Shown here: positions 26,171 through 39,004 of the stretch, one piece after another | How positions within the stretch are numbered: position 1 is the stretch's first letter | Layout of the letters: each line of letters begins with the position of its first letter | NCBI GenBank assembly: GCA_010015585.1 | Contig: ML975181.1 | Origin: Eremomyces bilateralis CBS 781.70 | Taxonomy: Eukaryota | Length of the DNA stretch: 64,000 nt | Reading direction: 5' to 3' (one strand) | Position numbers and translations under genes: made by a program | The notes under the pieces: generated by a model | Database searches by the model: none | The model's input: the letters and a program-made list of their open reading frames with translations, nothing else | Told to the model about the DNA's origin: nothing

Positions 26171-27921
26171 ATGGGGTCGTGGTTCGGGAACCTAGGATTA
26201 GCATACAAATATTGGTAAGTGCCTCTCGCCGAAAGGAAACGATTGTATGTCTAACCGAACACTTAGTCTTGTATTTGGTTCTCTGCTCTTGGGAACGCTA
26301 GTTTTGGGTTGCATCAAGCTCTTATTTGACCGCAAGAAGTTAAAAGAGCATATCCGGAAGCAAGATGAAGAAAGGGCGAATAAGAAAGATGACACAGTCG
26401 AGCTCAATACCCGGGAGCGAGACGAAGGAGATCTATTCGGCGTTCGTGCCATCGAAGCCGGTTATTTCGGAGGCGTATACCAATCACGGCCCACATCAGA
26501 AGTCAACACACCATCCCGAGCCATGTCGCCTTCGGCGAGCCAGAACACGCTCGTCGCTGAACAACTATCACAAAAACTGAGGGAGATCCCTTCTTCGGCG
26601 AGCAGTGTGAGAAGCCTTGCGATCAACGAGCATTCAAGGTCCGCCTCTCGCGACGTCGAATCCACTACACAGCGCCGACAACTTCCCCACCTGGTGCTTC
26701 GTCCTTCTGAAGCCGAACTCAGTGGGCGGATCAACCACAATGGTAGTGCCGTGAACATGACCCTCGATGTTCCGCCGTCGCCCATACTCGCCCAGCATCA
26801 ACAACAGAATGCCCATCACTCCGGACATCTCAGTCATAACAGCCCTACCAAGGGGAATTTCGAGGACTTGCGGCGAGCAGATGGATACGATTCGACTGGA
26901 AGAACCAAATCCGAACAGAGAATGGCCCAGGTTGCGCATTCCAGAGAGGGTTCAAACTTAACATGGGATGACCAACATTCATCAGTCGGCACCAGTCCAA
27001 GGGGAGGAAACCTAAGGAACTCTCCCGAATCCACTGACTACCCCTCCTTCCCCAATGGTTCCCGGAGTCCACCGCGAGTTCACTCAAGGTCTCTCACACC
27101 GACGGGCAACCAAGCTAGCGATAGGCAGCGTATGTAACAGGTTTTTCATTGAATGACGACCTTGTGACGAGGAACCATGTCACAAGCAGCGATGTACACG
27201 ACCAAGATGTTTCATTTCTGTGCGACAGTAACGAGGACGATGGCCGAATGCTAAACCACCACTCCTTCTAGCTGGCTATTTAAGTCACCGCACTCCCTCC
27301 GACACGACGCCACCCATCCAAGAACCTCCACGAATCCATTCATCGAATCCGAGTGCCTCTTCACACGGGTATTCTCCTCACTATCGAGTTTCGTCGCCGA
27401 TCGATCCCCACGGCCTGAACTTAGCCCAGGATCGACTAAGACCGAACGACCGCGGCATCAGCGTTTCCAGCAGTTACCTCGACCAACCACCCCGCGACTC
27501 TTTCCGCTCCTCGTTCTCATTCTCGTTCTCCGATGCCGACGCTGAGTACGAACTAGCGAATCCATCGCGCGAGAACCTATCTACCAATCCTCCACCGCGT
27601 TCCTACATTGCGTCCACTCCTGCATCCACATCCGGGTACGGCTCTACTCTACCGAAAATCCCACTTCCAGCCGGCCTCGCGGAGCCATTGGACTTGGAAA
27701 GGCCCGGAACCGGGCACGGTCATACGCGCGGAAGTTCCTCACAATCGCTTCAGAAACAACGATTTTCCCGGTACTTCGCGTCGAATATCGAAACTGCTCA
27801 GCGGAACAGCATCCAGCAACCGGCAGCGCTCAACATCTCGAAGCCGCAAAGTGCGGTTTTGGTGGACGTCCCTCCAAGTCCTAGCTCGCGAAAGGGCAGC
27901 CTTCCAGGGACGGCGGTGTGA
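26171..27921 (+). CDS. Fungal hypothetical protein with N-terminal TM helix and Ser-rich disordered tail
   Basis: MGSWFGNLGLAYKYC, intron 26215-26266, then LVFGSLLLGTLVLGCIKLLF (TM) and EGDLFGVRAIEAGYFGGVYQSRPTS, a motif I recognise from fungal hypotheticals. After a second intron (GTATGT ~27130 to TAG ~27271) the frame is open to TGA at 27921. Confidence 0.75.
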
Positions 27922-28310
27922 AGCGGCAGAGCAATATCCGTTGCACATGGCGTGGTCGAGGGTTCTGACATTGAATTCCGCAGCGCCGGGAGCATCGAGG
28001 CGTAATGAATGGTTATAAGATTTGGTTGGCACGAGTTGCTCATGTTAATCCACGGATTGCGGCAATTTAGGGGTCGTTGGTATGACGACACAGGGAGGAT
28101 CGGGATGACAAAAGCGGTGATGATGGAGGACAGATTCCCATGTGGTCTGGACAACACAACGATGGTAAGGGGATGTCCCAAGTCAAGTGATTGTATATAT
28201 AATACCAATTAATTAATATTGTTTATTGATCCATCATGCAAGAAAAGAAGGCCTAGAGGTTAGATGCAATAGGTCTCCTATTACTTATCTGGAGCAAGGG
28301 ATGCAAGAAA

Positions 28311-29131
28311 TCAGCCTAGCTTTGTAGTTCGTCTCGCCTTCTTCTCAAAAGCGCACACCTCCACCATACACTCCAACGTCCTCAACTCCCTACTTATCGA
28401 ATGCTTCTGCGGATGCGGCATTCCGTTCCCATCCGTATTCATCACATCGTCCAGCAACTCCTTCACCATCCCCACCATCGTCCCCTCCTTCCAATCACTC
28501 CCCTCATGGCTCCCCCAGGCCTCGCCGCATCCTACAGCAACCCCAAACTCGTGATCTGCTGAGCCATCGCATGCCCACCGTCGTCCACAATCACATCGAA
28601 CGCCCCGCCGCTCTCTTGGACCATCTTATTCAGCACGCTCACGTCCGCATGGTCGCCCGTGAAGATGGTCGCGCCCGTGATCTCGTGCGCCCATTTCTCC
28701 GCGCACGCCGCGTCGTATCCGAGATAGTACAGGTCAACATGCTGCGGGCCACCGAAGTAGTCTAGCCACGTGTGGTAGGAGGCGCCGGGCCCGCAGTCCA
28801 TGCCGCAGCCGAGACTGATCTCGAGCATCTTGATGCGACGGCAGTGGCGGAGGCGGGAGTGGAGGGCGGGGAGATGCTTTTGGTACATGAATTCGAAGTG
28901 GTCGGCGGTGACTTTGTCGGTGTTGTGTTTGGCGGCGACTTCGTAGAAGGTGGATCTGTGTGTGGTTGTAAGCGATGAGGACACATAGGGAGAGGGTAGA
29001 GCTGATTGTGCTGTGAAGGACATGGGCTCATGGAGGGAGACGGTCGTGTGTAGGAGGGTGCCGTATGCCAGGTGGAGCCCGAAGGAAATGATAATCCGCG
29101 GAGTCCATTTTGACTGTAGTATTGATGACAT
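28311..29131 (-). pseudogene. Disrupted SAM-dependent methyltransferase-like gene ('hard-surface-induced protein 5' type)
   Basis: Motifs TDKVTADHFEFMYQKHL, KMLEISLGCGMDCGPGASYHTWLDYF, YDAACAEKW, IFTGDHAD and FDVIVDDGGHAMAQQITSL. An in-frame TAG at 28532-28534 sits where Trp is expected. The segment after RPGG (normally IYF.EDL) is missing, and the C-terminus (TMVGMVKELLDDVM...LECMVEVCAFEKK) lies in another frame, ending at 28311. Confidence 0.75.
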
Positions 29132-29365
29132 CGTGGATCGACAGAAAAATCTAAACACTGGATTATGGATGAAATTCGAAGATCAAGCATATAATAAAGG
29201 GATGGCACTGTGAGGTGCTTTTGAAGGGATGGATTCAGGGACGTTCCACAGAAGCCTTTCTCGGAATCGCGTCCCTCACGCGTTGATCGCGACATGACAA
29301 TTCCATACTTCTGAGAGTAATAATTTAAAATGGAGAAATTATCTTCAAATATTTGTTCAAATAAG

Positions 29366-31048
29366 ATGGACTCCTATCATGCAACTTCCATTGGTCTGCT
29401 CTTCAGCGCTGCTGCTGTGCCGGTATGGAAGATCAGAGGACAACTGATCGGTTGGGCTGGCTTGGCTGGGAGTTGGTCGCTCATCGAAGATGGTACGACA
29501 CAAGGAAACCGAGACAATAAAGCATTAAATTGATTCAAACTGGACTTCTTCCCGGTATACCTGCTTGTGGTGGGCTCGGATTGGTTACAGGTCATCACGT
29601 TGCAATCGCAACGTCACGCAGTACTGATAGCCTCCACCTAGGGACCGTACATTTACGCGCTTTACAAAGATGAGAAAGGTCTAGTGGAAGAAGTGGTCGC
29701 ATCTCTCTTCATGACCGGATTCTTTTCCGGTGTCTTCTCGTCTTTCTTCATCGGCTCGCTCGCGGATCGATATGGCAGAAAGGCGGCGTGCCTTGGGTTC
29801 TGCATCGCGTACTCAATCTCATGCCTCACGGTCCTGTTCAATGATATTATCATACTATTCCTGGGTCGAGCGCTTGCTGGCATCGGCGCGAAGCTGCTGT
29901 ATAGCATTTTTTTTAAATCTGGATGGTCCATGAGTATCACAGTCGGGGGCTCGAGAACGAAGAACTGCGGTTGAGTACGGTTTTTGGGAGCCTGGCCACG
30001 TTGAGCAGTATGGTGGCTATCTGTATTGGATTCGTGATCCAATGGTTAATGGATTCGACGGGGACTGACGCTTCTCCATTATGGCGAGCATTGTCTGTCT
30101 CGCCCTGGCCTTCATCTTGATACTGTTCCGATGGGTAAGTGCGTTTATTCATGTAAATGAGGAATACCTGACGGTGCCTCAGAACGAGAATTATGGAGAC
30201 ACCTCCAAGGAGCCAACATCTGTCGAGTCCATCAGCGATGGATAGAGAACTATCCTCAAAGGTGCGCACAGCGGTACACCAACCAGCCAAAAAGCGAGGA
30301 AATAACTTGCTGAATGAGATGCGCAACAGACAAGTGAGTGTTAATTATCGCACTGACATCGTCGATCTTTGAAGGACTTATTTATCTCTTCATTTTCTTC
30401 AAAACCCCTGCCATGACGGCTGCATGACAAGCGTCTGGCCGACCTGGATTGCCACCCTTTGGTCTCATCTTTACGTGTTTGATGACTGCCATGATGCTTG
30501 GCTCCATGGTCTTTACCCATGTGATGCCAGAAGGGGATATCAAGGAAGATCAGACACAGAATGGGGCACATGATGGCATGAACAATATCGACTTCGAAGG
30601 TAAGGACACGGAAATGACTCGTCCATCAGAGCCGTGTTGCGATCTGCAGTTGGCTTCGCAGCTCCTCGTGACCGTAATAGCCATGGGAGGGGTAGCATTA
30701 ACCTTGCCGGTGCTGTTCAAATCGGAGAATGATCACCTTTGCCGCTTTCTGCATGTATGAGTCCTGCGTCGGAATTTACTACCCGAGCTTGGGGCTGGTG
30801 AAAGGGAGGATTGTCGAGGAAGGAGTTCGAGCGAAAGCATATGCATCGATGAGATTGTCCTTGAATCTCTTCGCTGTCGAAGGATTGAGCATCACCGAAG
30901 AAGATATGTCCACCATTGCCCATCCAGAATGCTTTTGATGAGTTAACGTTGAAAAGGAGATCGACATCGAGACCATATGTTCACGATATGCGGAGGGCTT
31001 TTGCTTTGTGTGGCTGTCGCGGTCCATAGATATCCGACACTGAAGTAG
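29366..31048 (+). pseudogene. Disrupted MFS_5 / MFSD5 (molybdate-anion transporter family) gene
   Basis: Motifs FFPVYLLVVGSDWLQ/GPYIYALYKDE, FIGSLADRYGRKAACLGFC, LGRALAGI, WMVHEYH, ENYG, SSIFEGLIYLFIFFKTP, PFGLIFTCLMTAMMLGS and YESCVGIYYPSLG. In-frame stops at 29531, 30243, 30335 and 30425, plus frameshifts (e.g. T-run ~29907-29914). Confidence 0.88.
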
Positions 31049-31376
31049 TTTTTGTACTCAGAAGTAGATGTAATAGCAGACTCTTCATCAGCCATAGTAC
31101 ATAATAATGCTCTGATAATACTTGATGATAAGTTGATAGAGTCGAATGATGGTATCGTGATAGCAGCAAGATCGACGAAACACATACGACGTTTTCCGGA
31201 AGTCGATCAACTCCGGTTCCGATTGGCCAATGGCTTAGGGACTGACGACGCTACGACGCTCAACAATTATTTCTCCTATTGGATCCCCAAAACGATATTA
31301 ATATAATAATTCCGTATGCACATCCATCTCCTCCCCTCCTCCTCTTCCCTTTAAATGCTACCGATGAATAGACGAA

Positions 31377-32963
31377 ATGCCGTTGATACTTGACTCGGCC
31401 CCTTCGTCAACGTCCAGCGAAGACTCCCCCGATGCGCGTGAGGAGCGGCGTCGTCTCCACCATGAAGCGGACGTAGTGATCATCGGGGCGGGCGTCGCGG
31501 GATGCGCCATGGCCGTTGCGCTCGGAAAACAGGGTCGGAGTGTGATATTGCTGGAGAAGAGTCTGAAAGAGCCGGATCGGATTGTCGGAGAACTTCTCCA
31601 GCCGGGAGGAGTAGTGTCCTTGGATCAATTAGGTCTACTAGGTATGCGTCGTTCACCGCATGAGGACGAATCCTTTCAACCGGTCGTGGCGGAGGAGCTA
31701 ATCTACTTGAATTGATAGACTGTCTCGAGGACATCGACGCGATCAGAGTCACCGGTTATACGATTTTCTATTTCGGCGAGAAGGTCTTCATCCCATACCC
31801 AGCGAACGCTTCCGCTCTCCCCGACCAGCGACCCGAAGGTCGCTCGTTCCACCACGGCCGCTTCATACAAAAACTGCGTTCCGCAGCCTCCGCCACCCCG
31901 AACGTCACCATCGTCGAGACCACCGCCGTGGATCTGGTCAAGAACGGGTGGACGGGTCAAGTGCTAGGCGTGGAGTGCGAGTCAAAGGACAAGAAAGACT
32001 GCTATTTCGGTCATCTGACCGTGGTCGCGGACGGATACGCGTCGAAATTCCGAAAATCATATATCAGCCGGCAGCCACAGTTCGGGTCAAGGTTCTGGGG
32101 TCTGGAGCTCAAGAATGTGAAACTGCCGTCACCAGGCCACGGACATGTAATCTTGGGAGATGGGGCACCGATATTGCTCTATCAGATCGGTTCGAACGAG
32201 ACGCGGGCACTTGTGGACATTCCCGAGGGCTGCCCGACTGCAACCATCGCAGCGGGCGGCGTAAAATCACACCTGCTGAACCACGCGCTAAATGATATAC
32301 CGGAGCAGGTCCAGCCTGCCTTCAAAGAAGCGTTGGAGAAAGGAGCATTACGAAGTATGCCGAACAGCTATCTTCCACCCACGTCAAATCGGACACCCGG
32401 CCTCTTGATTCTTGGCGATGCTCACAATATGCGGCATCCTTTAACAGGAGGCGGGATGACCGTTGCATTCAATGACGTGGTGGTGCTGCGGGATCTCCTT
32501 GCGCCAGAGAAGTTACCAAATTTCGAGGACACCAAGGCTGTATTAAAGGCTCTCAAGTCCTGGCACTGGCGACGGAAGAATCTCACCGTAGTCATCAATA
32601 TCCTTGCACAGGCGTTATACAGTCTCTTTGCGGCAGACGGTAAGTTTCAGCTCGCCATTCTGTCCACTCCTCTCTAACATTCCTTCAGACGCCGACCTCA
32701 AAGCCCTCCAACTCGGCTGCTTCGCCTACTTCCAACTCGGCGGCATGTTCGTTGACGGTCCCGTCAGCCTGCTCGCCGGAATCATCCACAACCCTTTCGT
32801 CCTCTTCATGCACTTCTTCGCCGTGGCGCTCTACTCGATGTGGATCTACGCCACTAAATGGAACATCTTGCTCATGCCCGTCGCCCTCGCCATGAGCGGA
32901 ACGATTTTCTTAAAGGCCTGCGTGGTCATCTTCCCATACATCTTTTCCGAGCTTCGGTCATAG
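31377..32963 (+). CDS. ERG1: Squalene monooxygenase (epoxidase)
   Basis: DVVIIGAGVAG FAD motif, EPDRIVGELLQPGG, EGRSFHHGRFI, VVADGYASKFR, LGDAHNMRHPLTGGGMTVA and C-terminal TM helices. Introns 31642-31718 and 32640-32688. Confidence 0.97.
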
Positions 32964-33486
32964 CGTGGGCGGATTTCGGGTGTTCAGTGCTTTTTGGGGG
33001 GACGTTGGGTCAACTATGGGGATATAGAAATCCATGTGGGTTAAGCATACCACCACCTGTGGAATCTTCAAGGGGATGTAATGGCGAAAAGGCATGATCA
33101 TGAGTCCCGTTCTATACGCTCTTTCATATCCGCCGCTTTTAATGCGGAGCTCGATCTGAAGTTCTATGATGATAGACATGACTGAGTTTTTTGTTGCGAA
33201 AATCATTAGCGTCGCTAGCACTATTAGCTGGATACCCGAATGAGACGGGCTCCAAACTATTAGACACTGCCCTGTATATGCACAGGCACCGGACCGTACG
33301 CAGCACGCAACTCGTTGGCTAGTACGCTCCTAGAGCTGTAAAACCTATCTACCTGTCTTCTTGAAGTAAGGGAGCACCAACGTAGACCATCACGGGTAGG
33401 TGAAAAGGCTAGTACTAAGGACACCATGTTCATATGCGAAGCAACACATGGGTATCTCACAACCGTTCCCGACCCAACGCCCTGGA

Positions 33487-36400
33487 CTATGCGAACTTAA
33501 CCTCCGAGAACAAACTCGCGCGAACCTGCATGACCGCGACCACCTCCATGACAAACTCTTGCAAGATCACTACGTTCGTCAGCACATGGCTCAAGCTGAC
33601 CTCCTTCTCCCACCTCTCCTCGCCCTCCTCCACCTCACTCTCCTCCTCCGCGTCGTCAAGCGGAAACCGCACCATCTTCCCCCTCAACCCCTCCCCAGCC
33701 AACCTCACCACATCCCCCAACAATCCCCCCCGACTCGCCGAGCTCAACCGCCCCGCCTCCTCCCCATCCCCGCCCGCCTCGGCCCGCCCGACCCGTCCGC
33801 GCCCCAGCCCACCCGGACTCCCCTCCCGCTCCCTCTCGCCCTTCATCGCCTCCCCACTCGCGATCTCCGCCCCCAAATCCGCCATCATGTCCGCGAACGC
33901 GCGCAGCCCGTTCCGCAGCCCGCTTCCCGCGTTCGGCGACCCGCTACGGGGTGTCGGCTGCCCGCTGCGGCTCGGGGTGCTATCTAGAGCGTCGAGCATG
34001 CGTTGCGGGAGCGATCGAGCAGGGGAGCGGGGATCGGGGAGGGTGGTCGGGGAGCGCAAACTGGGGACCAACGATGGTGATGAGGAGCCAAGGGGGCTGG
34101 TTGGGGATTTGCGTGAGGGGGTGCTTGATCGCGCTGGGGTGGCGGGGGTAGCGAGGCGGGGGGGCGGGGCGAGGGGGATGGAGGAGGGGGAGGTGGAGAT
34201 TTCGTCGTGGAGGCGGAAGGCGTGGCGGCGGGCGGTGAGGAGGGAGGGAAGGGTGGGGATGCGGGTGCGGAGGAGGTGGAGTTCTGATTGGACGGATTGG
34301 AGGGTGCGGAGGAGGAGGGGGGCGGCGTCGGGGGACCAGGTGGGCGGGGTGCGGGCGCGGCGGAGGCGTGCGGCGGGGTCGAGGGTTGGGTCGCTTGGGT
34401 TTGGGGTGGATGAGGGAAAGGTGTAGGAGGTTGGGGAGACGGCGAGCCAGGTGTCGAGTTGGAGGGAACGGCAGCATGCCAGGTTGATAAGTGTCTCGGT
34501 GACGCTGAGATTGACCTCGACGTCGTTGGAGAGGAATGTTCGGAAGAGGTTCAATATGTTCCTCAAAAGACCATCGCTGGGGTTAAGATAGTGGGGCGGG
34601 ATCTTCGTATGCTGAAGTCTTGAGACCGTGGCGTTTGATGATGACGGAAGATTTCCTGTCGCTGCAAGAACGCTCTCAGGTAGAACGTGCGAATAACAAG
34701 AATGTGTCTCCAATAGCTTCATCGCATCTTTAAGATGTGAATCATATGCATCGTCGACATTGGAGTCCACGCCGATATCTTCAGCGATCTCCATGTACGC
34801 CTCGATTTCAGCATTCAAGCCGCCATGGGTCCTCTGCGGCTCCGGGTCCGCCATGGGAATGGTACGGAGTAACGACCCGGACGCGTACTCGTGGTTCTTG
34901 CTCATGATGACCGTGACCAGTTTCAGCGCCGCTACCACCGTCTGAGGATTTGCGGACCGCACGCTATTCACCACCAGATCGATGAGGTTGAACAACGAAG
35001 GATTCGGCCGGTCATCTTCGCTTTCGATCTGGGTGAGAAGCATCAGCGACCGTCGTCGTCGGAAAGAACCAGGTCGGATCGAGGCCATGCTTTGGGATAG
35101 GCTGCTTGGGGCCTCCATTATCGCCAAAAGATAGGTTAGGATCATATGGACGAGCTCAGGGTGATCGAGTGCGTCAAGGATGTGTCGTAGATACGTGAGG
35201 ACGGCAACCGAGGAGCCTCCATCTATATCGGATGACTCTAGTAAAGATGGATATCTGTTTCCAAAGTCAGTGGCTGCTGCACATCCCACAAGTGGACACC
35301 TACAATAGCTGCTGGAGAAACAGCACGCGGAAGTGCTCGACAAGTGTCTGACGAACCTCCAGAGAGTGACAGTGTTCGAGCACATCCTGCCAGAAGGTGA
35401 GATACGATAAGAATGTCTCCATGTGGTTATGGAACGCGGGAGAGAACAAGCTTTCGGCATCGGAGGGGGACGACAGGTTCTCGTAGTCCGAAAGCGCGAG
35501 GATGATCGGCAACTCGTCGATAGGATGAAGAATGGAGAGCTTTCTGCATGCGATTAACCCACCGATCGTGAAAAGTCCCCAACGTCGCCACTTACCGGCT
35601 CAATTGGCTATACAAGGCCCCTAGACCGCTCGCCATCAGCGTGGGGAGGTCACTCTCGACGATCCAGCTCTCCAGGTCCTCCGACTGCGACGCGGACTCG
35701 AAGACGTACAATAGCCCTGTCCGCGCAAAGTCCCCGATCCGGCCTTCATGATGCACATGGTCGATCAACTGATAGCATAGCGGAAAGTCCTCCTTCTGCG
35801 TGACGCCCACGAACTCCGCCCGGCTAATTTTCCTCGCCGTCGGTCCGTCCACCGCAACGCCGAACCCATCCGTCGCCGCCGCCCCCTCCTCCTTCCGACC
35901 CCCCTCCCCCTCCCCCTCTTGCCCATCCCGCCCAGCCTTCCCCGTAAACCACACCCCCAACAACCCCGGCTGCAACCGTATCTTCGCCGCAATCCCAAAG
36001 AGCAACTCCACGATCTCCCCCTCTGTATCCTCCCCCACAAACACCCCGCCCCCCGCGGTCGTCCGCTCCACGCAGCGCATCAGCGCGGTGGCGAACCGCG
36101 GATCCGCCAAAAAGTCCTCCTCCTCGCTGTCGACCAGCGCGGCGAAGAGGGTGATGGTCTCGCGGATAATGCCCTCGTCGTAGGAGGCGGCGGCGAGGGC
36201 GGAGATAGGGTGGTAGATGGCGGAGCTGGAGGCGAAGGCGAGGCAGAGATGGGGAGATGGGGCGCGTGTTTCGGAGGTGAGGAGAGCGGTGAGGCGGGCG
36301 AGGAGGGAGCGGAGGTGGGTGGAGGTGGTGGGTGAGGGCGGGGAGGATGCGGTCTGCCATGTTTGCTGTGCGGGATATGTGGTTAGCTTGGGGAGGGACA

Positions 36401-36603
36401 GCGTTAGGTGGAGGGAGGGTGTACAAGTATCTGGTCGTATACCCGCTTGAACTTTGCGAGTCTTTGTTGTGGGTTGTTCGAGGTCGTCGTCTGTCGCGAG
36501 GTTTTGGATCCTCCGATCAAGCGGGACCACTGCAAGGACCCTGTTAGGCGTCATGTTGTCGTCTTGAGATTAGGGACAGGATCACAATACTCACGAAGTC
36601 CAT
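33487..36603 (-). CDS. fhipA: FTS/Hook-interacting protein (RAI16-like / FAM160 family)
   Basis: MDF/WSRLIGG...RLAKFKRVYDQIL, LFGIAAKIRLQP, DFPLCYQLIDHVHHEGRIGDFARTGLLY, SDLPTLMASGLGALYSQLSR, YPSLLESSDIDGGSSVAVLTYLR and SLSHVLTNVVILQEFVMEVVAVMQVRASLF. Four GT-AG introns. Confidence 0.92.
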
Positions 36604-37022
36604 GATATTATACTACTCTCATCCTACAAATCAATTGGATCTGTGGAACGGAGCACTACGATATATATTGAAGAAGCAAGGTGGTAAGAGGGGTCGCACA
36701 CAAGCTGGGGATCGTCCTGAACTACGATGCTGGTATTATGGAGTATATTTCGACCACATATCCTGGGGGTCATGGTCAATTGGTCAAAGCTGCAAACAAC
36801 GATTGCACAAAGAACTTAGTTTAGGGGTTTTGAACATTGCACCATTAATTTGACCCTCTAATACGACACTAATAATACTCCTTAAGAAGCAATTCGTACA
36901 AAGCAAGTGCATAGCTCAGTAGGGGTATTAAGCATAACAATCAGGCGCCATAATGCCGCTCAATCCACATTGGAGAACCATTACCACCCGCATCCGGCTT
37001 CATTAGCCCCCCAAACCACCAC

Positions 37023-37884
37023 TCAGACCTTCTTCCCCTGGAGGTGCCACGCCATGATCTTCTGAAAGATCCCCTTCCCGTCCGTCTCGATCACGTCGCC
37101 ATGGCAAGGGATGATGCGGTCGAAATCCCACGCGTTGATCTTCGCCATGCTCTTCGCGAATCCCGGCCGATCGCCCGCGCTCATGGCGTGCCAGACGATC
37201 CGCTGCTGCCCCTTGGCCGCGCCGGACGTGTGGCCTAGAGTAGTGAACAACTTGGTGAGGATGCCGCTGGTGGGCGATTGTCCGGTCTTGCTGAACTGTT
37301 CGGTGGCAGGAAGGTTGAACAGGAGGTCCGCCTCGATGAGGGTCTTGCCGGGCTTCCAGTTGAACACGATCTCTTTGTTGGCGTGTGAGTGCACGAATTC
37401 GAATTCGAACTCAGCGTCGAATTCGGGATCGACGGTGATCGATTCCTTGTCTACCGCTCGAAAGACAACAGAGAAAGGGACGTCGTCGTTCTTCTGCTTC
37501 GCGCGCTTCCCAGGAAGACCTTCAGGACAGAGGACCTTCGCCTGGGGATAGGCCCGGTTCCATGGGCCGAGGAAGATGTGGTGCTCGATATCCAGGGCGG
37601 TGATGTACTTGACTTCGCCCATGGAGTCGACCATCTCCTTGACCTCCGGGGTCAAAGCAGTCGGTGAGAAGACGGCGAGAGCTCCCGATTGCATCTTGAC
37701 TACAGTTGCCTGTCAGTAACATATAATCAACGAGCGTGTGTTTAAGCTTACCGATAGTGCCCCGACCCCCGAACTTGATGTGGCCAAACCGCAAAAACGG
37801 AACCGAGCAGGTGACGATGTTGTCATTGAGTTTGCGGATGACCATCGTCTCGGATGGGTCCGAGGGGTTTGGTTTGGAGCTCAT
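37023..37884 (-). CDS. DUF4336 / metallo-beta-lactamase-like fold protein
   Basis: MSSKPNPSDPSETMVIR...SVPFLRFGHIKFGGRGTI, one intron, then ALAVFSPTAL, YITALDIEHHIFL, TLIEADLLFNLP and WDFDRIIPCHGDVIE. Confidence 0.85.
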
Positions 37885-39004
37885 GCTTACGAACTGTGAC
37901 TTGGAGGATGAAGTCAATTGACGGAGCGAAAGTTGGGAATGAAAAGTAGTTCGCCGCGATGGGATATCAGACGGTATGAAGTGGAGTGGAGAGGTGGTGA
38001 GAAGGCGAAATGTGATGTTTGCTCGAGCAGGTGAACCACGCCAACCAAACCGGAAGTTGGATGATGAAAGGGGAAGTGACGACTGACAGCACAACACACG
38101 ACACGTCTGGCTGGGGGAATAGCAGGAGGTCAGGTCGATGGTCTTTCTGATTGACCTCAAGTCCATTCTACATCCAAATGCGCCGCTCCTATGATTTATA
38201 TTATCAAGAGCTGGGATTTGGGAATGATGACTATCCCAGGCTGGCTATCCTAGGCTGTGGATATCGAGTGGTGGAGGACTAGCATCGGCATCTGTATCTG
38301 TCATATCTATCATATCTGTCATGCCTTGATCCAGACCAAGGAGACCGGGAGAGGGATGATGCAAACAGAGGAGACCAATTCACTGACCGGCTGACGTACT
38401 ATGTGGCGTGATTATTCAGCGATGCATGCCAAATATCGATTCCCGCTGCCGATGGCGCCGCTTCCTCGTCACGGCACCCCACGTCTGTTGGCTGTCCACA
38501 GTAAATCTTGGGGGATATTAATTGCCATGAGATATTTTAGCTCTGAACAAGTCCGTTGTGGCTGTGTCTGAATAATCACAATTTACGGATGCTCGTCCCT
38601 GTTTCGAACACCCCCGAGTCGCCAGACGGCCAGTGCCGATGCGCATATCCATTGATTCCAAATTCCCGATCATTCTGAAAACGGATGCATCAAACAGGAC
38701 TAATTATACCGAATTGATTCCGGTCGATAGAAATATAGAAGAGTCTAAAATCTCAATGATATCACTGGATATGAAATAGCTCGAAACTAGAGATGGCAAA
38801 GCTGAGATGCAATTTCAGGTCACGTGGAGCGTGTCATGCACGCGATTCCATTCTCCCCACTCTGTCGCGTCTCCAATCCTCCGCCAAATCTGCCATCTGG
38901 ATTTCACATCTATAGATGGTTGTTTTATCCCATTGCACAGCTGTAGATGGCTTGGATGATTCGCTGATCCGGTTAAACGACGTCCCTACTGACCTGGAGA
39001 TGCC

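Noticed and set aside
33400..34477. Long antisense and alternate-frame ORFs over fhipA (330 aa, 195 aa, 165 aa)
   Set aside because: Shadow ORFs caused by stop-poor GC-rich skewed sequence; they are low-complexity with no motifs.
38220..38400. ATGATGA...CTGA as a possible C/D snoRNA, plus short tandem duplications
   Set aside because: No terminal stem or recognisable rRNA antisense element; such boxes occur by chance (also near 33165, 55409 and 55522).
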